Numbered from the stretch's first letter, positions 9,063 to 19,601 are shown. The stretch is DNA of 64,000 nt from Candidatus Babeliales bacterium (GCA_963762115.1 CAVXJH010000003.1:512001-576000), one strand, 5' to 3'. The notes: generated by a model not told the origin, from the letters alone. A program made the numbers and translations.

Positions 9063-10034
9063 ATGAGTAAGGGATGGTTTTATTTATCGGGAATTATATT
9101 TTTAATTACCAGTTCATTAAACGCAATGGATGTCAGTAAAAAAGCAATGATTAAAATAATCATAGATGGAAAAGAATCTTTAGTACCGCTCATTGATACA
9201 ATTCAAGAATATGCTGTTGATACACAACAAATACAAAAAAAATCATCGAGTTTATTAAGATCAACCTTTAATTTTATTTGTAGTCATCCAAAAGAAACAT
9301 TAGAGTTTTTTGGATGTGCCACAATTATTGGTGGAATAATTTTTTTTGCAAAAAATAAACATGATAAAGAATTTGCAAAACATAAAACTAAAATTTTTCG
9401 AATAAGACAAAAACATAATGAATTAAAAACTACTATACAACAACAATCTCAAGCACACATTTCGAAATTATTGAATGTTGCTTCAATACTAGTAACAGAA
9501 TTATGTGAGGATATAAAAGCTGATAATACACAATCTCTTTTAGAGATTGATCAAATAACTAAAGAAATCGAAGAACGTAATACAATATTGCATAAATTTC
9601 AAAAAAAACATTTTGCTAATGTTGATCAAGCAATAGAACAATTAGACCAACACGAAAAAGAACATCTTGCAAAAGTTATTTTTGAGGCTAGAAAACGCCT
9701 TGAAGGATCGTTTAATTCATTTAACAGCGAATTTGATACATTCGGAAATCATTTAAGTCACAACAGAGAAAAATTAAGAACACAAATCAATGAACAGTCA
9801 CAGCAAAATGCCAATCTTACTCAATATTGCGCAGCTCGAACGCAATCAAAAATTAGATCTATAACGCCTGTGCTTGAAGAAGCAGAAGAACTATCAAGAA
9901 ATTTTCAAGATTTATTAGATAATGATACATATGAACTACTAACTGAAGAAGCACTTAATGAAACACTTGAGCTAGCAAATTCTGGACAACAAATATTAAA
10001 CGAACTTGAAAGACTTTTAGATTCAAAAGATTAA
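9063..10034 (+). CDS. Secreted coiled-coil hypothetical protein with one TM segment
   Basis: Start after ggggaa RBS; SLNA-MD signal; same architecture as the upstream gene. Confidence 0.7.
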   Translation: MSKGWFYLSGIIFLITSSLNAMDVSKKAMIKIIIDGKESLVPLIDTIQEYAVDTQQIQKKSSSLLRSTFNFICSHPKETLEFFGCATIIGGIIFFAKNKHDKEFAKHKTKIFRIRQKHNELKTTIQQQSQAHISKLLNVASILVTELCEDIKADNTQSLLEIDQITKEIEERNTILHKFQKKHFANVDQAIEQLDQHEKEHLAKVIFEARKRLEGSFNSFNSEFDTFGNHLSHNREKLRTQINEQSQQNANLTQYCAARTQSKIRSITPVLEEAEELSRNFQDLLDNDTYELLTEEALNETLELANSGQQILNELERLLDSKD

Positions 10035-10115
10035 CGTTAACATTTCTTTATAATCACTATTAAGGGAGATCAAAAATGATCTCTCTATTTTTTAAATTCA
10101 AAACACAAGGCTTCC

Positions 10116-13001
10116 ATGAAAAAACATAGTATGCTCTTCACCATTTTATTCACCATCGCAAGTTCATTACCCCTATATTCAATGGAAATGAGTGTTAATG
10201 AAATAAAGAAAAACATCCAAACTCGTATAGCTAAAGGCGATGATGATCTTGATATGCCTGATACCGTTGGCGTTATACCTTTAATTTTTGCAGCACAACA
10301 AAATGATGCTGATCTTACTCATGAACTTGTTGCATTTCGTGCCACTGTTGATGTTCAAGATATGCAAGGATCAACGCCATTGTTATGGGCAATACGTAAG
10401 GGTAATGTTACTCTTGCACACCATTTAATTGATTATGGTGCACGTGGTGATATTCAAGATAAAAGTGGCAATACACCCTATTCACTTGCTTGTGATTATT
10501 CTCTCAGTGATATTGTAAACCGTATTAAACCCGAAAAAACAACTCCAGAAAAGGGTAAAGAAATAGAAGAATCTTTAGAGCAACCTCAAACAACCGGAAA
10601 ACAAAAAGAATATAAGAAAAAATCCCAAAAAGCTTTCACGGTATTATGTCTTACAAATGCTCGTAAAAACAGTGTGGAAACTCAAAAAAAATTATTGACA
10701 ATGTTCACTGAAGAAAAAGCCCAGTTAAAATCTTCAGCAAAAAAATCATCAACAGCACAAGATGATTGGTATCAATTATTCACGGCAGTTTCTGAAAATA
10801 ATCTTGAAAAGGTAACACGCCTCCTTGAAGATAAAAATACTGATATCAATGCACAAACACCATCAGATTGGACAGCACTTACCCGTGCTTGTGATCAACT
10901 CAATGTTGAAATGGTAGAAAAATTAATTGAACACAATTCTATCATTGTTGATCTTCCCCTTAAAAGAGGTACCACTCCTTTAATGATTGTAGCATCAAAA
11001 GTTGCACCCGCTTCACAAGATGATAAAACCGGAAAAAACGCTTTTAAGATTGTAAAATTATTGCTTGAACATGGTGCTCATATTGATGCCCAAGATAATG
11101 ATGGCGCAACCGCATTAATCAAGTCTCTTATGAGTGGCAACATTAAAACTGCCAAGCTTCTCATTAAGCTTGGAGCTGATACAACAATAAAAGATAAACA
11201 TGGGTTTAATGCTCTTTTTTATGCTGCAGGAAAAGGACATCTACCTATTGTTGAAAAATTAATCAAACGTGGCACACCTGTTGATGCAACAACAAAACAA
11301 TGGAATCCTGTTACTCAGACAATTTCAGAAAGTCATTATGAAATTGCACAATTGTTACAAGCAGAAGCAGCAAAATTATTAGATGAAGTAGAAGAATCTC
11401 TTAAAAATCAAGAAACAGAACAAACGGTTTCTAAAAAAAATAATAATCAAAACAATGTAAGCCTTTGGGAACGATTCAAAAAAAGTATTACAGATTCAAC
11501 AAAACCGGTAACAAAAGATTTTCTCTTTGCGAAAGATCAAAAAAACTTAAAAAAATGGTTAAAAAAGACTACATCAAAATTAAGATACATTCATGCTCAT
11601 GATATGCAAAATGCAATAGAAATAGGCAATGCATTATTATCTAGAAGTTATGAACAAACAAATGAATGGTATTGGGTGACCATTGGGATTTATGAAAAAA
11701 TTTGTAATGATCATATTGAAATAATACGTATCTTGACTCAATGGTTATGTGCAAAAAATAGAGGCCTTCCAATGACACCCTTGCACATCGCCATAATGAA
11801 AGGTTCAACAAGAGTAGCTCAATGGTTAATTGAAACAAGCAAAGACATTGAATCGGATTCTTATTATGATGGATCCACACCTTTACTATTAGCAATACAA
11901 AAAAACGAATCTAAAATTGTTCAATTATTAATCGAAGCCAGTGTTGATTTAAACAAAAGTAATAATGATGGAATAACACCATTAATGACAACAATTGCAA
12001 ACAAGCAACCAGAAATTGCACGATTATTAATCGAAGCTGGAGTTGATGTAAATAAAGAACAAGATAATAATCTCTCTTTATTAATGTTAGCAATTGCACA
12101 TAAACAAACAGAAATTGTTCAATTATTAATTAAAGCCTGTGCTGACGTTAATAAAAGTTGTAATGGAATGCAACCATTAACACTAGCAATAAGCAATAAT
12201 GAACCAGAAATTACTCAATTGCTCATACAAACTGGTGCAGATATTGATAAAGAGGATAATAATGGACTTACACCATTATTATTGGCAATACTAAAGAATC
12301 AACCAGAAATTGCTCGATTATTAATTGAAGCTGGTGCCGATGTAAATAAACCTGATAATGATGATTGCACACCATTAATAAGTGCAATTGTAAATAACCA
12401 ATTAGAGATTGCTCAATTATTAATTAAAGCCAGGGCAAATGTTAACGTTAATCTTCCCGATAGAACAGGAATTGCCCACAAAAGCTTAAGTCTCTTAGAA
12501 TATATAGCTAAGCAACCAAAATTACTAGAAATTTTTTCCTGTATTCTTGTTCATAATGCTGACCTGAGTGAAGCAACAAAACTAAAAATGCGAGTATGGG
12601 CAATTGAGGAAAACAATCAAAAAGCAATTGAAACATTAGACGCTTTTAATATTGATTATGATCTTGGTGGTTTTTATAAAATTTCTAAAGATGATCAACA
12701 AAACAAACAAACTGCCAATAATCCAAGAAGGACGATTGTTCATGCCATTGAAAAATCAACAGGGAAACCGACTGATTTAATAGAATTAATTGAAGTACTT
12801 GATAAATACAATATGCTTAATCAAGAAGCTATGGAAGATATTGAAGAAGCAGCCAATCAAAAAGCATCCATAGCAGCAAACCAAAGGGCATTTTTATTAT
12901 CCAGGGTACGTGATAATTTAACCCGTTTAAATACTATGCAAGAACATATACATCAACTGCAGCAGTCTAAACAAAATCCACCTTCTAAAGGAGATAAATA
13001 G
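10116..13001 (+). CDS. Secreted ankyrin-repeat protein
   Basis: Signal peptide and N-terminal region paralogous to 3706 and 32654; many ankyrin repeats. Confidence 0.9.
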   Translation: MKKHSMLFTILFTIASSLPLYSMEMSVNEIKKNIQTRIAKGDDDLDMPDTVGVIPLIFAAQQNDADLTHELVAFRATVDVQDMQGSTPLLWAIRKGNVTLAHHLIDYGARGDIQDKSGNTPYSLACDYSLSDIVNRIKPEKTTPEKGKEIEESLEQPQTTGKQKEYKKKSQKAFTVLCLTNARKNSVETQKKLLTMFTEEKAQLKSSAKKSSTAQDDWYQLFTAVSENNLEKVTRLLEDKNTDINAQTPSDWTALTRACDQLNVEMVEKLIEHNSIIVDLPLKRGTTPLMIVASKVAPASQDDKTGKNAFKIVKLLLEHGAHIDAQDNDGATALIKSLMSGNIKTAKLLIKLGADTTIKDKHGFNALFYAAGKGHLPIVEKLIKRGTPVDATTKQWNPVTQTISESHYEIAQLLQAEAAKLLDEVEESLKNQETEQTVSKKNNNQNNVSLWERFKKSITDSTKPVTKDFLFAKDQKNLKKWLKKTTSKLRYIHAHDMQNAIEIGNALLSRSYEQTNEWYWVTIGIYEKICNDHIEIIRILTQWLCAKNRGLPMTPLHIAIMKGSTRVAQWLIETSKDIESDSYYDGSTPLLLAIQKNESKIVQLLIEASVDLNKSNNDGITPLMTTIANKQPEIARLLIEAGVDVNKEQDNNLSLLMLAIAHKQTEIVQLLIKACADVNKSCNGMQPLTLAISNNEPEITQLLIQTGADIDKEDNNGLTPLLLAILKNQPEIARLLIEAGADVNKPDNDDCTPLISAIVNNQLEIAQLLIKARANVNVNLPDRTGIAHKSLSLLEYIAKQPKLLEIFSCILVHNADLSEATKLKMRVWAIEENNQKAIETLDAFNIDYDLGGFYKISKDDQQNKQTANNPRRTIVHAIEKSTGKPTDLIELIEVLDKYNMLNQEAMEDIEEAANQKASIAANQRAFLLSRVRDNLTRLNTMQEHIHQLQQSKQNPPSKGDK

Positions 13002-13045
13002 TTCCAAACAACTTTGATAAATTTCCAGGACATTAAAATTATTTA

Positions 13046-13087
13046 AGACGAGAGAGATCAATCATTTTTTTGATCTCCCTCGTCTTT
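13046..13087 (+). terminator. Intrinsic terminator of a gagagatca...tgatctc family
   Basis: aagacgagagagatca...tgatctccctcgtctt followed by T run; relatives near 6314, 10064 and 29626. Confidence 0.65.
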
Positions 13088-13183
13088 TTAGTATTGTCAT
13101 ATCAACTATAACCTTGCGCTTTATTCCCCCGTTATGTTTGTCTCATAAATGAATATCATCATTGTTAGTAATAAGGCTTTAAT

Positions 13184-13705
13184 ATGTTAAAAACAATAAT
13201 TTTTCGTACAATATTAGCAATTCATTCAGCGCTTGTATTTCACGAACTGAATGCTGTATGTCCCGTTTGTACTCTTGCCGTGGGAGCAGGAGTAAGTCTA
13301 TCAAAATGGTTAGGCATTGATGACACTATTACAGGCTTATGGATTGGCGCATTAACAGCATCAATGATAGCTTGGACCGTTACTCTTTTATCACGCTATA
13401 ACATTCGCTTTTATGGTAGAAAAATTTTAGTAACAACAAGCTACTTTGCTCTTACCCTTTGGCCCTTATATCACAAACATTTAATTGGCAATCCTTTAAA
13501 CACCTTATGGGGATTCGATAAACTTTTATTAGGCATAGTTATGGGTGTCATACTCTTTACTATAAGCTGCCTTTGGTATTATTACCTCAAATTAAAAAAC
13601 AAAGGGCATGCTTATTTTCCTTTCCAAAAAATTGCTATGCCTATCGGGTTTCTTTGTGTTGGCAGTATTATTTTTTACCTTATTGTGAGATGTAATGGAA
13701 AATAA
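13184..13705 (+). CDS. CxxC-containing multi-pass membrane protein
   Basis: AVCPVCT after the signal/TM segment, 4-5 hydrophobic helices. Confidence 0.75.
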   Translation: MLKTIIFRTILAIHSALVFHELNAVCPVCTLAVGAGVSLSKWLGIDDTITGLWIGALTASMIAWTVTLLSRYNIRFYGRKILVTTSYFALTLWPLYHKHLIGNPLNTLWGFDKLLLGIVMGVILFTISCLWYYYLKLKNKGHAYFPFQKIAMPIGFLCVGSIIFYLIVRCNGK

Positions 13706-14282
13706 AATTAAAGATTTAAATGAGTTAATTGCAAAAGTAGATCAGATGAAAAAAAAAGATAAAATGGATCTTTCATCTGATCAAGATCTCAGCATTGCCA
13801 TTATGAACCTCATCAGCATAGAAGAACATCTTTTCTTTTCCGGCGCAAAAACAGGCAAATCTGCCTATTACGATTTAATCTATGAAGTTCGCAACATGCG
13901 TAAGGAACTGTTAAAAAAAATGATTAAAGAGTATGAAGGCGAAGTTTGGTGTATATCAAAACATCTTTTGGCATCCTCAATGCGCCTCATGGAAGTAGGC
14001 ACAAAACAACTTGATATGGGCAATAAAAAAGAAGCCTATGATCTTTTTGGAAAAGCTTATGATCTTTATGCCCTTTTTTGGGGTCTTAATATGCAACTCA
14101 TTACTTCTGAAACCGTTAAAAAACATGCTATCGATCCAATTAATAACACTGCTGCCAATAATGATCCCCTTAAGAATGACCCCAATAACAATAGTTCATT
14201 GCATAACTCTGAAGAGAAAAAAGGGGTTATGAGATTGCTCGGAAAATTGGTAAAAATGGCGATTGATTGTTGTCTTGAATAA
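13695..14282 (+). CDS. Hypothetical helical protein with C-terminal CC
   Basis: Overlaps the upstream stop; IEEH, WCISKH, ends DCCLE. Confidence 0.75.
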   Translation: MENKIKDLNELIAKVDQMKKKDKMDLSSDQDLSIAIMNLISIEEHLFFSGAKTGKSAYYDLIYEVRNMRKELLKKMIKEYEGEVWCISKHLLASSMRLMEVGTKQLDMGNKKEAYDLFGKAYDLYALFWGLNMQLITSETVKKHAIDPINNTAANNDPLKNDPNNNSSLHNSEEKKGVMRLLGKLVKMAIDCCLE

Positions 14283-14403
14283 TGTATATAGTATGTTTTA
14301 CTTAATCATGCAATAAATACCTATCTTGCACAGACGCCATTAAAGTAACCCAATTTTAATATTGATCATTGTATGATACTATAAAAGCATAAGAAAGGCT
14401 TTT

Positions 14404-15612
14404 ATGGATCACTTACGCAAAGATTTTCCCATTTTCTCATCATCGCCACAGCCGTTTATTTATTTTGATAATGCTGCAACAACTCAGAAACCTGAATCGG
14501 TTATTGAAGCAATGAGCAATTTCTACCGCACAGACTATGCCACCGTGAATCGCAGTATGTATGCACGAGCAGAAAAAGCTACCGAAAAATATGAAGCCGT
14601 GCGAGCACAAGTAGCTTCTTTTATTGGTGCAGAACCATCAGAAATTGTTTTCACCAAAGGGGCAACTGAAAGCATTAATATGGTTGCAACTGCATGGGGT
14701 AGAGAAAATATAAAAACAGGCGATGAAATTGTACTCAGTGAGCTGGAACATCATGCCAACTTATTGCCTTGGCAACAGATTGCACAAAAAACGGGGGCAA
14801 TGCTGAAATTTATTCCCATAACTTCAGATGGCACTTTAGCTTTAGACAAACTTACCGAAATTATAACGCCAAAAACCAAATTAGTGAGCATTATTCATGT
14901 CTCCAATGCTCTAGGAACTCATAATGACTTAGAACCCATTATAAAAGCTGCTCATAAAGTCGGCGCTCGAGTTCTTGTTGATGCAGCACAATCAATTGCC
15001 CATCAAAAAATTAATGTAAGCCTAATGAATCCCGATTTCTTAGTGTTTTCAGGGCACAAAATGCTTGGCCCAACCGGCGTTGGTGTTCTCTATATAAAAA
15101 AAATAATACAACCTGAGATGCCTCCTGCACAGTTTGGAGGCAGTATGGTTTTCCAAGCAACCTACACCGATGCTCAATGGTTACCAGCGCCAGCTTGTTA
15201 TGAAGCAGGAACTCCTCCCATTGCTGAAGTTATTGGCCTTGGAGCAGCATTAGAGTATTATATCAAAAACATTGATTTTACAGCGTTAAAAGCTCATGAA
15301 ACGGCATTAACCGCTCATACTATTGCTGGGCTAGAAAAATTCCCGGAAATACGAATTTTGGGCCCTATAAAGCAACTTAAAGAAATGGGTCATATGGTAA
15401 GTTTCACCGTTGAAGGGTATCACCCTCATGATATTGGCGCCTACCTTGATGCGAAGGGCATTGCGGTGCGGACTGGTCATTATTGTGCTCAGCCACTTGC
15501 TCAACGATTGGGAATTACTGGTTCAATTAGGGTCAGTTTTTCTTGTTATAATACGATTGAAGAAGTTGATTATTTCCTTGAAATAATGAGAAAATTGTTG
15601 GGTAAGTCTTAA
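14404..15612 (+). CDS. sufS: Cysteine desulfurase, SufS family
   Basis: YFDNAATTQKP, FSGHKMLGPTG (PLP Lys), EAGTP, RTGHYCAQP. Confidence 0.95.
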   Translation: MDHLRKDFPIFSSSPQPFIYFDNAATTQKPESVIEAMSNFYRTDYATVNRSMYARAEKATEKYEAVRAQVASFIGAEPSEIVFTKGATESINMVATAWGRENIKTGDEIVLSELEHHANLLPWQQIAQKTGAMLKFIPITSDGTLALDKLTEIITPKTKLVSIIHVSNALGTHNDLEPIIKAAHKVGARVLVDAAQSIAHQKINVSLMNPDFLVFSGHKMLGPTGVGVLYIKKIIQPEMPPAQFGGSMVFQATYTDAQWLPAPACYEAGTPPIAEVIGLGAALEYYIKNIDFTALKAHETALTAHTIAGLEKFPEIRILGPIKQLKEMGHMVSFTVEGYHPHDIGAYLDAKGIAVRTGHYCAQPLAQRLGITGSIRVSFSCYNTIEEVDYFLEIMRKLLGKS

Positions 15613-15642
15613 AATTTTATAAACATAAATTTTATTATCTCT

Positions 15643-15891
15643 CGGCCCTATGCGGGCAGCACAAAGGTATTGCGTGCCTCCGCCTACGCTTATCCAGGCC
15701 TTCAGGCTTGGCAAGCTTCGTCGGACAGGCAATATACCTTTGATACAAGGGCATCCGCCTTCGCCAAGGCTTCGGCGGACAGGCCAACCCTTCGAAGCGT
15801 TAGCGTAGTAGGGCCGCGCGAATATACACCACTCACTCATTGATGCCTTCAGCATCAAAATTCCAGGTGCACGTCGCACTACCGGACTAAC
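15643..15891. repeat. Structured repeat element, copy 2, carrying nested GC-rich REP-like hairpins
   Basis: Colinear with 1778-3206; hairpin units at 15677-15729 and 15753-15783. Confidence 0.85.
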
Positions 15892-15980
15892 TTATTTATA
15901 AAAATTTCGCCATGCAACATCTATAAATATTCCGTTGAGCAAGACTGTTAGACGATCTGCAACATCTTTGCGAAGGTTTT

Positions 15981-16030
15981 CCTGTCCTTCGTAGCTTGCC
16001 AAGCCGGAAGGCGTGGATAAGCGTAGGAGG
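15981..16030 (-). repeat. GC-rich REP-like palindrome (second family; IS110 target family)
   Basis: Reverse complement cctcctacgcttatccacgccttccggcttggcaagctacgaaggacagg is nearly identical to the IS110-interrupted copy at 1834. Confidence 0.85.
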
Positions 16031-16136
16031 ATGCCTAGCCGGCACGAGGCTTATTTGACAAATTGACTAAAAGAGATTAATTTTAAAACATAATAGTTAT
16101 TAATAGTTATAATAATTACAATTCAGACTATCAGAT

Positions 16137-17303
16137 ATGGAGGTATCAATGATTTTCTTTTCACTACAAAAACGATTTTTTACCCTGCTTTTAGGTGTTT
16201 GCCTTGTGGCAATGCCAATACTTCAAGCAACTGAACCGGTTGCCACACCCCCAATCACACAAGACACTTGGGGAACTGCTTTGAGTAAAGCATGGAATAC
16301 AACACTTTTAGTTGCACCCACTCTTATTAATACCTGTACAGAAGTAAGTAAATTGTCATCAAACATTCAAAAATATCAAATTGGTGATACAGCAGTTAAA
16401 CCTGAGATACAAACAGAAATCCAAAAATTAATGCATGAACAAAATATTCCCAATGCATGCGATATTGAAATAATTGCAATGCGAGGAGCACTCTATCAAA
16501 TGTCCTTTGCTCATGACACCGCATTACCAACGCCACAATGTGTTCAAGTACAATCAACATTCAAGCATAATGTTCTTGGTGTTTATGTAACTAATGCATG
16601 CATCTTTATTGATGAAGATATTATTAACTTTGAAAAAAGTCCGTTACTTTCAACATTTTTGATAAAGCATGCTTTAAAAAAATTTAAAAATAATGAGTAT
16701 AGAAATACCATTTTTGCAAAAATAGGCTTGGGGTTGGCAAGTGGTGCAGCATTATATAAAACAATACCACTCGTAAACAGCGGTATGCAAAAACTTACCA
16801 ATGCGGTTGGTTGGACATCTTTTAGTGATTCACAAAAAAGTGGCATCTTATTAAATACAGCACGCGTTGCCCTTAATGGGATCGTTTGCCCCATGATTGC
16901 ACAATCAATCGTTCAAAAACTTTCATCTCAGGCTTTTGCATGGTATAAACAAAGCACCCATGAAGAAATCGATGAAACATTAGTTGCACAAGATGACATT
17001 CTTCCCCTTATTGTTGAATTAGCAAAAATTGTTGCTTTCTACCGAGTTGATCCAATCCTTGAACATATTGAAGGACAATTCGCCGGACAAAGACAAGAAG
17101 AAGCTCTTGCATGTGCTTATATGAATGAATTGTGCATATTGGCAAACAAATTGTTCACCACAACAAGTATTATTACCTGGCTTGACAATGAAATGAGTAA
17201 TCAAGATAATGCCAAAACAGCATTTATCTTGAAGCATTATAAAATGAATTTTTTTTCAAAACATCTCAGTGATACAGTCATTGATACGGATGCTAAAAAA
17301 TAG
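16137..17303 (+). CDS. Secreted/membrane hypothetical protein
   Basis: Signal peptide, 388-aa ORF. Confidence 0.7.
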   Translation: MEVSMIFFSLQKRFFTLLLGVCLVAMPILQATEPVATPPITQDTWGTALSKAWNTTLLVAPTLINTCTEVSKLSSNIQKYQIGDTAVKPEIQTEIQKLMHEQNIPNACDIEIIAMRGALYQMSFAHDTALPTPQCVQVQSTFKHNVLGVYVTNACIFIDEDIINFEKSPLLSTFLIKHALKKFKNNEYRNTIFAKIGLGLASGAALYKTIPLVNSGMQKLTNAVGWTSFSDSQKSGILLNTARVALNGIVCPMIAQSIVQKLSSQAFAWYKQSTHEEIDETLVAQDDILPLIVELAKIVAFYRVDPILEHIEGQFAGQRQEEALACAYMNELCILANKLFTTTSIITWLDNEMSNQDNAKTAFILKHYKMNFFSKHLSDTVIDTDAKK

Positions 17304-17347
17304 TTAATACTAATACTAGATAATGCTGATGGTTTGCTCCATCAGCA

Positions 17348-18352
17348 TTATTTTTTTGCATCAGAAGCATCTTCTTTCTGACTATTTTCTTCCCAATACT
17401 GTATTAAAAAATTCCCAGCATCACTATTTTTATTCTTTTGTGCATAAAACAAGGGAGTCATTTGATAATCATCAAGGCTCAAACTTTCTGCATCAAAATT
17501 CAATAATAATTGCACCGATTTAACATTACCCGCTCGCATTACCTTATGCAGTGCCGTTTGCCCACACTTATTTTTTTCATTAACCGTTGCTTTGTTTTTT
17601 TCAAGCAATAACAATAACCCTTTATAAAAACCCCAATCTGCCGCATTATGCAAAGGAATATTGCCATATCGTCCTACACAGGTTTCCTGAGCACCATGAG
17701 CAAGCAACCGCGTCATAATCTCCACATACTCCTTTTTTGTGCCTCTTTTTGGTGCTTTATTTGGCGTGAATGATACTGAATTTGGCAAAGGGTCTTCCAT
17801 AAAAAAAGCATAATCATAATGCATAAAACCATTTTCAATAGTACCCTTTATTTCATGACAATAACCTCGTAACGCTGCTAAATGCAAAGGTGTATCACCA
17901 TGAATACTAACACATTGCACATCAGCATTGCGCTCAAGAAGTAATTTTGTAACATCAGAAAATCCCCATGTTGCAGCCTTATGAAGTGCCGTTTCTTGCA
18001 GGCAATCACCTTTGTTTATATCCATGGAAGGATAATAATCCAATAACTTCTTAACTGTTGGCAAGCTTAACGGGTTAGGATATAGCAACACAAAATAATG
18101 TAAAATACTCAAACGGTTCCAAGTTTGAGCAACATAATGATGATCAAGATATGCATAGAGTTCATTTGGCATTCTAATACGACATATATCAATAATTGAT
18201 TCATCACCTTTTTTCAAAGAAGTAATGATGACGTCAGTTACCATCTTTTTTAATGACGGCATCACCGGCTTTTTTTGATTCTCCATACCAAGAAGATTAT
18301 CAACAAACGCAACGAGGAAAAATAATAATAGATAGAATTCTGTTCTTTTCAT
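17348..18352 (-). CDS. Secreted ankyrin-repeat protein with SOCS-box-like N-terminus
   Basis: ETALHKAA, DTPLHLAA, QTALHK; PSLKKMV...MPNELYAYL. Confidence 0.85.
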   Translation of the reverse strand: MKRTEFYLLLFFLVAFVDNLLGMENQKKPVMPSLKKMVTDVIITSLKKGDESIIDICRIRMPNELYAYLDHHYVAQTWNRLSILHYFVLLYPNPLSLPTVKKLLDYYPSMDINKGDCLQETALHKAATWGFSDVTKLLLERNADVQCVSIHGDTPLHLAALRGYCHEIKGTIENGFMHYDYAFFMEDPLPNSVSFTPNKAPKRGTKKEYVEIMTRLLAHGAQETCVGRYGNIPLHNAADWGFYKGLLLLLEKNKATVNEKNKCGQTALHKVMRAGNVKSVQLLLNFDAESLSLDDYQMTPLFYAQKNKNSDAGNFLIQYWEENSQKEDASDAKK

Positions 18353-18444
18353 TTCTTTAAAACAATAGTAAAATTAAAAAAAATAACCTAACAGTAATAA
18401 GTATAACAATCTCTTACTCTCACGTCATTAATTTCTAAACATTC

Positions 18445-18804
18445 ATGGGCACATATATGATAAAAAAAATACTCACTATACTCTTTTATATATGCTCTGC
18501 GACCTCACTATCATGCAGAACATTGCCTCAATTTACCAAAAATACCGAATTAACTTTTATTGATACGCTCACTATTTATTCAGAAGCAAAAGCACTTTTT
18601 GTTACCCGTTTAGCAGCAGTAAAATTATTTGAAATTAATGGTCACTGCTATGATTATGATACGATATTTACCGGTAAACCGCGGGAAATTCATTGGATAG
18701 ACAATACCCAACGTGGGTTTCCTCGTGGCTTTTTATATGATTTGGATAAAGATGATGCTCCTCTTATTGAACCGATAGGCTATAATAAAAACTTTATGCA
18801 ATAG
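18445..18804 (+). CDS. Small exported hypothetical protein
   Basis: Signal-like N-terminus, 119-aa ORF. Confidence 0.55.
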   Translation: MGTYMIKKILTILFYICSATSLSCRTLPQFTKNTELTFIDTLTIYSEAKALFVTRLAAVKLFEINGHCYDYDTIFTGKPREIHWIDNTQRGFPRGFLYDLDKDDAPLIEPIGYNKNFMQ

Positions 18805-18908
18805 TAAGACTTCTTATTTTTTCATAAAAAATCAAAGTGTTCTTGCTTTCTTCAAAAAATCTTCTTTATACTCAAATTTGTGAGCACAATAAGGGTGAGG
18901 GGGAAGAT

Positions 18909-19601
18909 GTGGAAAAAAATAAGTATATACGGATTTGTATTGCCGTATTTTTTTTCCTTTTAATTATTACCGCTTATATCTTTAGAATTGATAAAAAAAT
19001 TTCCCTTACTTTTTTGCAAGAACATCATCAACGCATACAAGAATTTATTACGCAGAACTATTTTCTTTCTCTTATGGGGTATATAATTTTATATATAGCA
19101 TTTATCATAGTAATGCTGCCGATAACCATTTTGTTCAATATTGCTTCAGGATATTTCTTTGGTGTGGTACTAGGAACGGTGTATAGCGTTATTGGTTGCG
19201 TGATAGGCTCATTAGCTTCATTCTTAATTTTCAGGTATATTTTACGTGACTGGGCAACTAAACGATATCATAAAAGGCTTATACATGTTGAGCAAGAGTT
19301 TGATAAGCATGGTGCTTGGTATATTCTTTCGCTACAATTGTTTCCGATAACACCTTTTGCCATTATTAATACTATTGCAGGATTATCGCACATCCCCGCT
19401 TGGAAATTTATGGGCATTTCGTGTATCGGCGTTACGCCCTATATCTTTTTGAATGCTTTTGCAGGGAGAAAATTAGTAGAAATTAGAACTCTTAAAGATG
19501 TGCTATCGCCTTGGTTTATTGGAATTTTTGTGGGACTTTCATTATGTGCTCTTGCACCCACGTTGATACAATACATAAAAACAAAGTTAAAAAAACAATG
19601 A
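18909..19601 (+). CDS. TVP38/TMEM64 (DedA/VTT-domain) membrane protein
   Basis: SGYFFG...GSLASFLIFRY, LFPITPF...IN motifs. Confidence 0.85.
   Translation: MEKNKYIRICIAVFFFLLIITAYIFRIDKKISLTFLQEHHQRIQEFITQNYFLSLMGYIILYIAFIIVMLPITILFNIASGYFFGVVLGTVYSVIGCVIGSLASFLIFRYILRDWATKRYHKRLIHVEQEFDKHGAWYILSLQLFPITPFAIINTIAGLSHIPAWKFMGISCIGVTPYIFLNAFAGRKLVEIRTLKDVLSPWFIGIFVGLSLCALAPTLIQYIKTKLKKQ

Noticed and set aside
15523..15879. 118-aa minus-strand ORF
   Set aside because: Reads through GC-rich palindromic repeats and overlaps sufS; no coding signature.
15931..16075. HDV-like ribozyme on the minus strand (gcctcgtgccggctagg...ctaac)
   Set aside because: I could not form convincing P2 and P3 helices.
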